Assembly: GCA_015075175.1 (NCBI GenBank)
Contig: JABTUV010000001.1
Location: forward strand, 1,103,677-1,167,676
Direction: 5' to 3'
DNA: 64,000 nt
Origin: a bacterium
GTDB taxonomy: Bacteria; Hinthialibacterota; Hinthialibacteria; H5-UNCL2
The stretch's first letter is position 1, and every line of letters starts with the position of its first letter. Both the position numbers and the translations under genes were made by a program. Below are positions 51,423 to 59,541 of this stretch, piece after piece. Below the pieces are notes generated by a model that saw only the letters and a program-made list of their open reading frames with translations, ran no database searches and had not been told where the DNA came from.

Positions 51423-51896
51423 CTAGGCGCGCATCCCCAGTTCGCGGTCCATCAGGAAGATTCCGCTGGGGGCGTCTTTCACCAGCTTGAGCTTGGCGAC
51501 GATCTGCTGGGCCGTGTCCTCTTCTTCGACCTGCTCGTTGACGAACCAGATGAGGAACGACTCGGTGGCGTGGTCCTTTTCGGCCTTGGCCAGATTGACG
51601 AGATTGTGGATCAACGAGGTGACGTGAGCCTCGTGCTTGCAAGTCGCCTCGAAGACGGCCAGGGGCGATTTCCAGGCGGTTTCGGGCGCGTCAATCGCCG
51701 TCAGCGTGACCTTGCCGCCGCGCGAGTCGATGTAGTCGAAGATCTTCAGCGCGTGCATCAACTCCTCCTGCGACTGCTTCTTCATCCACGTGGCCATGCC
51801 GTTCAGGTTTTCGGCCTGAAAATACGCGGCCATGGAGAGGTAGAGATAGGAGGAGAAATACTCGGCGTTGACCTGCTGGTTGAGAGCGTCCTGCAT
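51423..51896 (-). CDS. ftn: Non-haem ferritin
   Basis: Ferritin-like di-iron ligand pattern (LNQQVNAEYFSSYLYLSMAAYF...EELMHALK...). Confidence 0.85.
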   Translation of the reverse strand: MQDALNQQVNAEYFSSYLYLSMAAYFQAENLNGMATWMKKQSQEELMHALKIFDYIDSRGGKVTLTAIDAPETAWKSPLAVFEATCKHEAHVTSLIHNLVNLAKAEKDHATESFLIWFVNEQVEEEDTAQQIVAKLKLVKDAPSGIFLMDRELGMRA

Positions 51897-52002
51897 TTTC
51901 TTGCTTAACACGGGCGTACTCCTTTGCGTCAGGATGTGTAGTGGGAGCGGGAGGATTCCCCCGGTCGTCAACAGGTTAATCTAGCATGACGGCGGGAGCG
52001 GC

Positions 52003-54318
52003 TCAAGCGCCTTGCGGACGGTGCGGGGTTTCCGCCAGCCGGCGCAGGTAGACGTACCAGGCCAGTCTGCCGAGGGCGGCCAAAGCCGCGACGCCGTGCA
52101 GGGCGTAGGCGATGGACAGCCAGCCGGGCATGGTCTCGGGCCGCAGCGCCAGGGTCGTCCCCGAAACCACCAGCGTCCAGAAAATGACCAAATCAATCGC
52201 CGGCCAGGGAAGCCGCGAGGGGCGGGCGGACAACCTCCACAGGAGGCCGTCTGCGCCCTTCCAGCGGGGGCTTTGCCGGTTGAACAACCACGCCAGTCCC
52301 AAAAGGACCGTCGCGGCGCCGAACACGATCCCCGCCGCGAGGTGTAACTCGACCGCCGAATGTTCGGCGAAGAAGCCGGGCCGCCAGTAGCCGTAGTTGA
52401 GCATGAAGCCCACGCCCGTCAGCGCCAGCGCGTAGAGACCGGCCAGGCCGGCCCAGCGCAGCCAGGCGACCGGCCATCCGCCCTCGGGCGCTACCGGCGC
52501 AGCGCGGCGGATGTGCCTGCGCAAGAAGGCGAAGTGCAGCAAGGCGGCCAAGATGGTTCCCAAGGTACCCAGGGCCACGGCGCGCGCCACCACTCCTTCC
52601 CGCGCCCAGACGGCCAGGTTGCCGAGCGGAATCGTCCAGGCCAACAGCCCCATCAACTCGTGCATGACCGGCGCGGCGGCCCGGTCGGCGGAGACCTTGC
52701 CGTAGAAGAAGCCGGAGTCGCCCGCGTGACAATCGCTGCAGCCGCCCGCGCCCAGCGCCAGGCCGGCGGAGCGCACATTATGGCCGAGCGGCCAGGCGAC
52801 CGGCTGCAAATCGGCGTCCGGCCTGCCCACCAGCGCCGGCGAGCCATCGACAAGCGTCCGCTCATAGGCAAGGCCGCCGCGTACGTAGGCGACGCGATCG
52901 CCGGGAGACTTGGTCAAAGCTGCCAGAACGTTCAGGATCATGGCATCCGTGAGCTCGGGCAGCGCCGTGGCGTCTTTGGCGGGAGGCGCGGGGAGATGCT
53001 CGCGCGCGGCTTTGAGCACCGCCTGCGGCGCGATGGGCGCAAAACGACCGTTCTCTTCGCGCGCCCAATACGCAGGCCAAAAGAGTTTGTGCGGCGCAAT
53101 CTCGCCTGAGGGATTCTTCATGAACACGGGCGCGACCACGGCCGGCGGCTGGAGCCGGCGATCTTCTTCCGTCGTCAGACCTAGTCCATGCGCCAGCGAA
53201 GTCTGGATGCGCGCGGCTTCCCCTCTCGGCCAGGGACCCGAGTGGCAGGCGGTGCACGTGAGCTCTTCCAGATGGAACTCGGGCAGGGCCGCGTGGCGGG
53301 GCCGCGGCGCTCCCAGCCGCCCCGCGATGCGACCATTTTCGCCCAAGTGGCAGCCCCGGCACGAAAGCGTGGCGTTGGCGGGATTGTTTTGGAGGTCCTC
53401 CGCGCTGCCGTCGCCGCGCGTGATCATGTGATTGATGCCGTTCCGGTGGCAGTCGGTGCAGGTCAAGCCCGCCGCCAGGTGCACGTCCGTGTCGTAGGGA
53501 TGAACCGGATCGGGTTCCACGACCGATGTAGTATGGCAGAAGAGGCAGCGATCGGGACCGGGGGACTTGGTTATGTTGAGATAGACGCGGTTGTCGGGAT
53601 TGAAGCGGCCGCGGTCGTAGAGGAGCGTCGGACCGGACCACTCGGGATGGTCGGGATTGGGGCCGAGCAGGGGGTCGTAATCGTCGGGCATGGTCTTGGC
53701 CGCGCCACGGGTGACGCCGAGACCGGCCGCGACGGTATGGGACCACTTAAGGTTCTGGTCCTCGCCGATCTGGCGGGCGCGTTCGATGGGATCGTGTGAG
53801 TTGTCGCCCGAGTGGCAGACGAGGCAGTCGATTTCGAGTTTGCCGGAGAAATTCCAGCGCGTGCCCGGCTCGGGTTCGCCGGGGGGTTCCATGACGCCGC
53901 CGCCCGGACGGTGGCGGCCGAAGGTGAGCGTGAACTCCCAGGCCTCCATGCCGGCGTCAGCGGGCGAAAAGACCCCCGGCCAGGGGCGATACGAGACGGG
54001 CAGCCAGGTTTGCGTGCGCGCGTCGTATAGGACGTGCGGCTCGCCCGGTCGGCCCGCGGCCACGCCCGCCCGCCCGGCGTTGAAATGCCAGCCCGTCGAG
54101 ATGGCCGCGTAATCGTGGCACTTGCCGCAGGTGCGGTTGGTACTGTACGGCTCGGCGGGATCGCTCCTCGGATCGATGATCTCGCCGTGCTCGTTGTAGA
54201 GACTGATGCGGTGCACGTAGCGGGATTGCCCGCCGGTGTGGAGGATCTCACTCCATGCCGGCGCAAGGGCGAACACAGCGGTGAGTGCGAGCCGGGGAAG
54301 GGTTCTTTTGTACACCAT
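52003..54318 (-). CDS. Multihaem c-type cytochrome (7 CxxCH) fused to a C-terminal polytopic membrane domain
   Basis: Signal peptide; haem-binding motifs CGKCH, CLVCH, CLFCH, CTDCH, CRGCH, CTACH and CSDCH; then about 6 TM helices containing conserved His. Confidence 0.7.
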   Translation of the reverse strand: MVYKRTLPRLALTAVFALAPAWSEILHTGGQSRYVHRISLYNEHGEIIDPRSDPAEPYSTNRTCGKCHDYAAISTGWHFNAGRAGVAAGRPGEPHVLYDARTQTWLPVSYRPWPGVFSPADAGMEAWEFTLTFGRHRPGGGVMEPPGEPEPGTRWNFSGKLEIDCLVCHSGDNSHDPIERARQIGEDQNLKWSHTVAAGLGVTRGAAKTMPDDYDPLLGPNPDHPEWSGPTLLYDRGRFNPDNRVYLNITKSPGPDRCLFCHTTSVVEPDPVHPYDTDVHLAAGLTCTDCHRNGINHMITRGDGSAEDLQNNPANATLSCRGCHLGENGRIAGRLGAPRPRHAALPEFHLEELTCTACHSGPWPRGEAARIQTSLAHGLGLTTEEDRRLQPPAVVAPVFMKNPSGEIAPHKLFWPAYWAREENGRFAPIAPQAVLKAAREHLPAPPAKDATALPELTDAMILNVLAALTKSPGDRVAYVRGGLAYERTLVDGSPALVGRPDADLQPVAWPLGHNVRSAGLALGAGGCSDCHAGDSGFFYGKVSADRAAAPVMHELMGLLAWTIPLGNLAVWAREGVVARAVALGTLGTILAALLHFAFLRRHIRRAAPVAPEGGWPVAWLRWAGLAGLYALALTGVGFMLNYGYWRPGFFAEHSAVELHLAAGIVFGAATVLLGLAWLFNRQSPRWKGADGLLWRLSARPSRLPWPAIDLVIFWTLVVSGTTLALRPETMPGWLSIAYALHGVAALAALGRLAWYVYLRRLAETPHRPQGA

Positions 54319-54382
54319 TCGTACCTGTGTGAACGGATATTGCGTGAAGCGCGGTCGCCGGAGTACAGGCTTTAGCCTGCAT

Positions 54383-54494
54383 GAATGCAAACTGAAGTTT
54401 GTACTCCGATGAACAAACTGAAGTTTGTACTCCGGTGAACAAACTGAAGTTTGTACTCCGATGAACAAACTGAAGTTTGTACTCCGGCGACGGA
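54383..54494. repeat. Four tandem 28-bp repeats, each holding a 6-bp-stem hairpin (tGAACAAACTGAAGTTTGtactccgr)
   Basis: Direct reading; CAAACT-GA-AGTTTG palindrome per unit; AT-richer than the flanks; lies in the 5' region of the cytochrome gene. Confidence 0.8.
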
Positions 54495-54549
54495 CGGCGC
54501 CCGGAAATCAGGGACAGTCACCGGTTTTGGGCGCAAGCACGCTGCGCAA

Positions 54550-55935
54550 CTACGCTTTGAACTCTTCCTTTTTGAAGGCGTAACTGTGGCCGTTCTTGAA
54601 GGCCGTGTCCACCATGAGGACCGAGACGGCGGTCTCGAAGGCCGCTTCCGCCGTGCAGTTCAGCTTGACCTTGCCGGGATCGCGCACGGCGGCGAAGAAG
54701 TTCTCCAGGTGCAGTTGATGCGGAGGCTTGTTGGCGTCTTCTTCTTCCTTCATCGCCTCCGCCTTCTGCTCGCCCTGCTTGCGGGAGGCGCCCACCTGGA
54801 GGGCGATCGCCTCCTTGCCCATGCTGTCCACCTTCTTGGCCTCGTCCTCCCATTCGCGCTTGGGCGCGGAGACCTCCTTGAAAAGAAAGCCCTTGGTGGG
54901 GTCCTCGCTGATCATCAGCGTGCCTTCCGTGCCCAGGAACAGCTCGTAGTAACCGTTGAAGCTGGAGGTGGAGACGACCTGGTAGTAAGCACGCACCTTG
55001 CCCCAAGCCGTGTCGTATTCATAGATGGCCATCACGTTGTCGGGGAACTCGCGGTCGCCCTGCAGGACGTCCATGCCGCCGGAGACGGTGACGCGGCTGG
55101 GTGCGCATTGGAAGTACCAATTGAAAATGTCCACCTGGTGGCTGCCGAGGTCGGCCATCAGGCCGCCGCCGAACTGGCGATACCAGCGCCAGTTGCGGAA
55201 GCGCTCCATGGTGTCGTAGCCCTGGGCTTTCAGCACGTCGGCGGGGATTTCACGGCCGGGCGGCCAGCCGTACATCTCCATCGCCAGGCGGTTCCATTGT
55301 CCATAAGCGTGGGTCACGCGGCCCAGGAACTTGTCCTTGTGCAGGAGCTTTTCGCCCAGAAAGTAGCGCGGATTGCTGCGCCGCTGATGGCCGATCTGGA
55401 GCAGCTTGCCGGTCTCGCGCGCCGCCACCACCATCTGCCGGCAGCCCTCCAACGTGTTGGACATCTCCTTCTCGCAATAAACATGGATGCCCGCGTGCAG
55501 GCAGTCGAGGGTCATGGGGGCGTGCAGGAAGTCGGGGGTGGCGATGAGGACGGCGTCCAGGTCCTTCTCTTTTTCCAGCATTTCCCGGTAGTCATGGTAG
55601 GTGTTGACCGGCTGATCGCTCTTCTGGCAGATGCGGGAGGCGTAATCCAGGCTGTAGTCCCAGATGTCGCAGAGGGCCACGAAGCGCACGTTGGGGATGT
55701 TGAGGGTGTTGGTAAGGAGCGTGCGGCCCTGGCTACCGGGGCCGATCATGGCGACGCGGAGTTCCTCGGCGGAATTGACGGCGGCGGTGGCGGAGGAGAT
55801 GACGGCCGGGGCGGTCGCCTCCTGGACGGCTTGGGCGGCGGCCAGGCGGGCGGTCGCCAGCGTCGCGCCTGCCGCGACCATGCCCGACAGGAAATCTCGA
55901 CGCGTCACTGGGGTTTTCTTCTCTTCCATCAGCAA
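54550..55935 (-). CDS. Gfo/Idh/MocA-family NAD(P)-dependent oxidoreductase, TAT-secreted
   Basis: TAT motif RRDFLSGMVAAGATLA; Rossmann motif MIGPGSQG; 461 aa. Confidence 0.85.
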   Translation of the reverse strand: MLMEEKKTPVTRRDFLSGMVAAGATLATARLAAAQAVQEATAPAVISSATAAVNSAEELRVAMIGPGSQGRTLLTNTLNIPNVRFVALCDIWDYSLDYASRICQKSDQPVNTYHDYREMLEKEKDLDAVLIATPDFLHAPMTLDCLHAGIHVYCEKEMSNTLEGCRQMVVAARETGKLLQIGHQRRSNPRYFLGEKLLHKDKFLGRVTHAYGQWNRLAMEMYGWPPGREIPADVLKAQGYDTMERFRNWRWYRQFGGGLMADLGSHQVDIFNWYFQCAPSRVTVSGGMDVLQGDREFPDNVMAIYEYDTAWGKVRAYYQVVSTSSFNGYYELFLGTEGTLMISEDPTKGFLFKEVSAPKREWEDEAKKVDSMGKEAIALQVGASRKQGEQKAEAMKEEEDANKPPHQLHLENFFAAVRDPGKVKLNCTAEAAFETAVSVLMVDTAFKNGHSYAFKKEEFKA

Positions 55936-55936
55936 A

Positions 55937-56872
55937 CTAGTCCTTTCGTGCGAAGTACTTGCCTATTCTATGTACGGCCAACCCCCCCGGCTCGTTATCC
56001 ACGAGGACGGCGGAAATCTCCGGTCGGACTTGACAATAAGTCTCAACCTCTTCCACCGTCAACAGGAGAAAGGCGGTGGAGAGGGCGTCACTGCGGCCCG
56101 CTGTGGGCGCCAAGACCCAGCTGGCGGGCCTCTGGCGGGCCGGCCGTCCGGTGCGCGGATCGACGACGTGACAGTCGCTGGGGCTGCCCGGTTCGGCCAG
56201 GAGCGCTCCGGATCCGCTGCACCCTTGGTTTGTCAGGATCAACACCTCCAGCGGCGGGCGGCCCTCTTCGGGATGGCGCAGCTCGATCGGCCAACCGTCC
56301 CAGCCGGGCGGCGCTCCCAGCGCGTACATGCTGCTGGTCCCGCCGTGGACCAATGCGGCCGGCGCGTCCCACGCCATCAGCCGCTCGATCATCTGATCGA
56401 CCGCGTAGCCCTTGCCCAGCGCCCCCAAGTCGATCTGGACGTGGTCGGCGAACACCTGCACGCTGCGGGAAGCGCGATCCAGGCGCAAGAGTTCGCTTCC
56501 CACCCGCTCGTACAGGCCGGCGAGGGTCACGTCCTCTACCTTCGCGTCCGGACCGACCTGGCGCCAGAAATCCAGGAGCGGGGCGATGGTCACATCCAAG
56601 GCGCCGCCGGTCTCCTGGAAGACTTCCAACGCCAACTCCAAGCACTCGAACGCCGCCGGGCCTAGACGCAGGCTGTCACCCGCCGACAGGCGGGCGATCC
56701 GGCTGACGGCGCTGGTGGGATCGAAGCGCGACAGCTCCCGATCCAGCCGGTGCAATACCTCGAAGGCCGCCTGGGCTGCACCGCGCGCCGTCAACTCGTC
56801 CATGCCGGCGATGCGCACCTCGAAGAGCGAGCCCATCGCCCGCTCCTCGTAGCGATGGACGGCCTGGCTCAT
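55937..56872 (-). CDS. FAD:protein FMN transferase (ApbE family)
   Basis: ApbE-like motifs (IDLGALGKGYAVD). Confidence 0.75.
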   Translation of the reverse strand: MSQAVHRYEERAMGSLFEVRIAGMDELTARGAAQAAFEVLHRLDRELSRFDPTSAVSRIARLSAGDSLRLGPAAFECLELALEVFQETGGALDVTIAPLLDFWRQVGPDAKVEDVTLAGLYERVGSELLRLDRASRSVQVFADHVQIDLGALGKGYAVDQMIERLMAWDAPAALVHGGTSSMYALGAPPGWDGWPIELRHPEEGRPPLEVLILTNQGCSGSGALLAEPGSPSDCHVVDPRTGRPARQRPASWVLAPTAGRSDALSTAFLLLTVEEVETYCQVRPEISAVLVDNEPGGLAVHRIGKYFARKD

Positions 56873-58422
56873 CGCCGCGCCTCCAGCATGGCCGCCCACA
56901 GGTCGTTCCGGACGTACAGCAGGAGGGGCACGTCCGGTCGAAGCCCGAAATATTCTTGATGATAGCCGTCTCCGAGCCGGGATTCAAGTTTTTGGGCGAA
57001 GACCAACGAAGTAATGTAAATGGGCGCGGCGAGGTCCGCGGCGGGCGGGCTGTGCCAATAACCGACCCGGTCGTAGGCTCGCAGGTAGAAGGGGAGCGGC
57101 CAGTACTCGGGCGAGATCACGGCGATGGGGGTACTGCGGCCATCGGGACTGTGGGCGGCGACTTCTGCAATGCGTTGCACCAGGTTGAGCAGGTCGGGGA
57201 CGGTCTGGGCGTAGACGTAGGGGTGGCGGCGGCTGGCGGGATACTTGAAGTTGAGCTGCCAGGACTGCCAGGCGAGATGCAGCGTGCCGGCGGCCAGGAG
57301 CGCGGCCAGCGCCATGCGCAACCCCTTGCGCCGGGCGCGTCGCCACAGCCAGGCGACGGCCGCCGCGGCCAAGAGGATGAAGCCGAAGTGAAAGTTCAGC
57401 GCCAGCCAGGGCGTCTTGTAGCGCAGGCCCGAGTAGATGAGAAACGTCGCCAGGCTATAGAGGGCGAGGAAACGCGCGAGCGGCGTGTTTTCATCGCCGG
57501 ATCTTGAAAGAAAGGCGATGCCCATACCGAAGAGCGCCAGGGCCAGGAGGAACGCCTCGCTCCAGACCGGCGCGCCCAAGTTTTTCGTGAAACCAAGAAT
57601 CGCGAGATAATAGTACCACGGCTGGTCGTGCAGGCTGGTGGCGCCCGTGCGCTGAAAGTAGAAGAGCAGCGCTGCCAGGCTGTCCAGCACCCCACGCGGG
57701 TTTCTGAAGAAGCTCGAGTAGAGGAGAAGTGAAATGAGAAACGCGGTCGCCAGCGTTCCCACGAGGACCCCCACGGGCAAGGGCTTGCTTTCGGCCTCGC
57801 GGGGGCGCGGCACGGGCCGGTAGCGGTCCCAGGCCATCGTCATCAGCGTGGCCAGTCCCATCACCGTCATGGCGATCAAGTAGGTTTCCTTGGTGGTCTG
57901 CATGGCGGCGAGGCTTGCGCCGGCGAGAAAAAACCACCAGGCGTGGCGATTCAGGTAGTAGCGCCAGCCGGCCAGGATGGCGAGCGCGGAGAAGAAGACG
58001 AAGTAGATTTCGTGGATGTAGTCGCGGCTGTAGTAGGTGAAGGCGGGGGAGACGGCGAAAAAGAACATGGCGGCGACGGCGGCGCCCCGCCCCAGTCCCT
58101 GCGCAAAGGGCGGCATGAGGACGACGAGCAGGCTTCCCAGAAGCGCCGGTACGCAGCGAAGCGTCCACTCGTCGATCGCTTCAAACGTGGTCGCGCCGGA
58201 CAGCTTCGCGGCTGCCAGCGTAAGATAGTAAAGCAGCGGACCGTGGTACTCCTCCGGGTCGTAAACGTATCGTCCGGTTTCCAGGAGCTCGGCGAACTTG
58301 AGGGCGTTGATGGCTTCGTCGTGATGCAGGGGACGCAGGGGGAGCTCTGGAAACCGCAGGGCGACGGCGACCGCAAGCGCAAGGATCGCCGCTGCGGCGA
58401 GGATACTGCTTCGTGGCTTCAT
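56869..58422 (-). CDS. GT39/ArnT-like integral membrane glycosyltransferase (TIGR03663-like)
   Basis: About 12 TM helices; N-terminal DE-containing loop (HHDEA); 517 aa. Confidence 0.6.
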   Translation of the reverse strand: MKPRSSILAAAAILALAVAVALRFPELPLRPLHHDEAINALKFAELLETGRYVYDPEEYHGPLLYYLTLAAAKLSGATTFEAIDEWTLRCVPALLGSLLVVLMPPFAQGLGRGAAVAAMFFFAVSPAFTYYSRDYIHEIYFVFFSALAILAGWRYYLNRHAWWFFLAGASLAAMQTTKETYLIAMTVMGLATLMTMAWDRYRPVPRPREAESKPLPVGVLVGTLATAFLISLLLYSSFFRNPRGVLDSLAALLFYFQRTGATSLHDQPWYYYLAILGFTKNLGAPVWSEAFLLALALFGMGIAFLSRSGDENTPLARFLALYSLATFLIYSGLRYKTPWLALNFHFGFILLAAAAVAWLWRRARRKGLRMALAALLAAGTLHLAWQSWQLNFKYPASRRHPYVYAQTVPDLLNLVQRIAEVAAHSPDGRSTPIAVISPEYWPLPFYLRAYDRVGYWHSPPAADLAAPIYITSLVFAQKLESRLGDGYHQEYFGLRPDVPLLLYVRNDLWAAMLEARR

Positions 58423-58425
58423 TGC

Positions 58426-58770
58426 CTCATCTTAATCTTAATCTTACTCTTAATCTTAATCTTGCTCTTGCTCTTGCTCTTACTCTTAATCTTAGTGATA
58501 ATCGGCAGTCCGATGCACCCATAGTGCCATTCGCGCTGACGACTACAATCCTTCACTACCAGTTTGGTGGGCACGCTGTACCGCCGGCATCCATGCCGGC
58601 GACCGCGTATGCTCGGTTAAGAGCGAGATTACTACGATTAGGATCAAGATCAAGATCGAGATCAAGATCAAGATCAAGATCAAGAGCAAGAGCAAGAGCG
58701 AGATTAAGAGCAAGAGCAAGATTAAGATTAAGATTAAGATTAGGATTAAGATTAAGAATTCCTTTTCACT
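58426..58770. repeat. Composite element, copy 3: inverted hexanucleotide arrays (CTTAAT/CTTGCT on the left; GATCAA/GAGCAA/GATTAA on the right) flanking a 120-bp core with a CGCCGGCATccATGCCGGCG hairpin
   Basis: Direct reading. The left array is at 58426-58500 and the right array at 58620-58770, and they are reverse complements in motif content. Confidence 0.75.
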
Positions 58771-59464
58771 TCGGCTTGCCGAAGACCTCCACCTCAATAT
58801 ACTGATTCTGCGCATCCGCCGTGTTGCCCTTGGAGTAGAGCCGTACATAACGCGCGGTCGTATCCTTGACGGGAATCAGCTTGCCCTCGAAGGTCTCGTA
58901 ATACTGTTTGTCCTGGCCGATACCGAGGCCCGTTTCGTTGGTGCTGTCATTGTTGAAGTGCGTCTTGACATTCTCAATGAAATCGGGATCGTCCGCGGTC
59001 TGGACCACGACGCCCCTGAAAACACGGGGGTCTTGATGGAAGTGCCAGAGCGCGACGGCGTAAATCTCGCAGGGCTTCTCCAGGTCGATCTGGACCCACT
59101 GCAGGCCGGGGCCGAGCTCGACAAAGGAGCCGTCCACGGTCGCCTTGTCGCCGTCGGTAATGAGTGAGAGCTCGCCGATGATGGGCTCCATGTCGCTGGA
59201 AGTGACTTTCTTGCCCCGGGCCACGTTGACGGTTCCCTCGGGGACGAAGAGGGGCGGGCGGGGGCCTTTGCGGGGCGGCTCGATGTTGGTCCCCGGCGGG
59301 GCGTTCTTGGGCGTGCCGGAAAACACCGGTCGAGGCAAGTCCAACTTCAGTTCCATCATGCCCTTGGGGGGGGCGGTCGCGGAATCCGCCGCCTGTACCG
59401 GTCGTGCCGATGCCCACAGCCCGATCAGGATGGCCGTGGCCAGGAGAATTTTTCCCGTCTTCAT
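58766..59464 (-). CDS. Secreted discoidin (F5/8 type C) domain protein
   Basis: Signal peptide MKTGKILLATAILIGLWASARPVQA; C-terminal discoidin-like beta-sandwich. Confidence 0.65.
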   Translation of the reverse strand: MKTGKILLATAILIGLWASARPVQAADSATAPPKGMMELKLDLPRPVFSGTPKNAPPGTNIEPPRKGPRPPLFVPEGTVNVARGKKVTSSDMEPIIGELSLITDGDKATVDGSFVELGPGLQWVQIDLEKPCEIYAVALWHFHQDPRVFRGVVVQTADDPDFIENVKTHFNNDSTNETGLGIGQDKQYYETFEGKLIPVKDTTARYVRLYSKGNTADAQNQYIEVEVFGKPK

Positions 59465-59541
59465 CGTTTCGATCTCCATGCGCATACGATTCTCTCACTC
59501 CTTAAAACCGATGGGACGCCGCCTTCGGCGTGTTTATTCGT

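Noticed and set aside
54383-54494. Possible CRISPR array (tandem 28-bp repeats with an internal palindrome)
   Set aside because: The repeats abut each other with only 1-2 variable bases and no unique spacers, and there are no cas genes nearby. This is a tandem repeat or iteron array, not a CRISPR
58413-58848. ORFs encoding RSRSRSRS, LNLNLTLNL and LILILILI low-complexity proteins
   Set aside because: They are produced by the hexanucleotide tandem arrays read in different frames and strands. No start or RBS context, so they are repeat DNA and not genes
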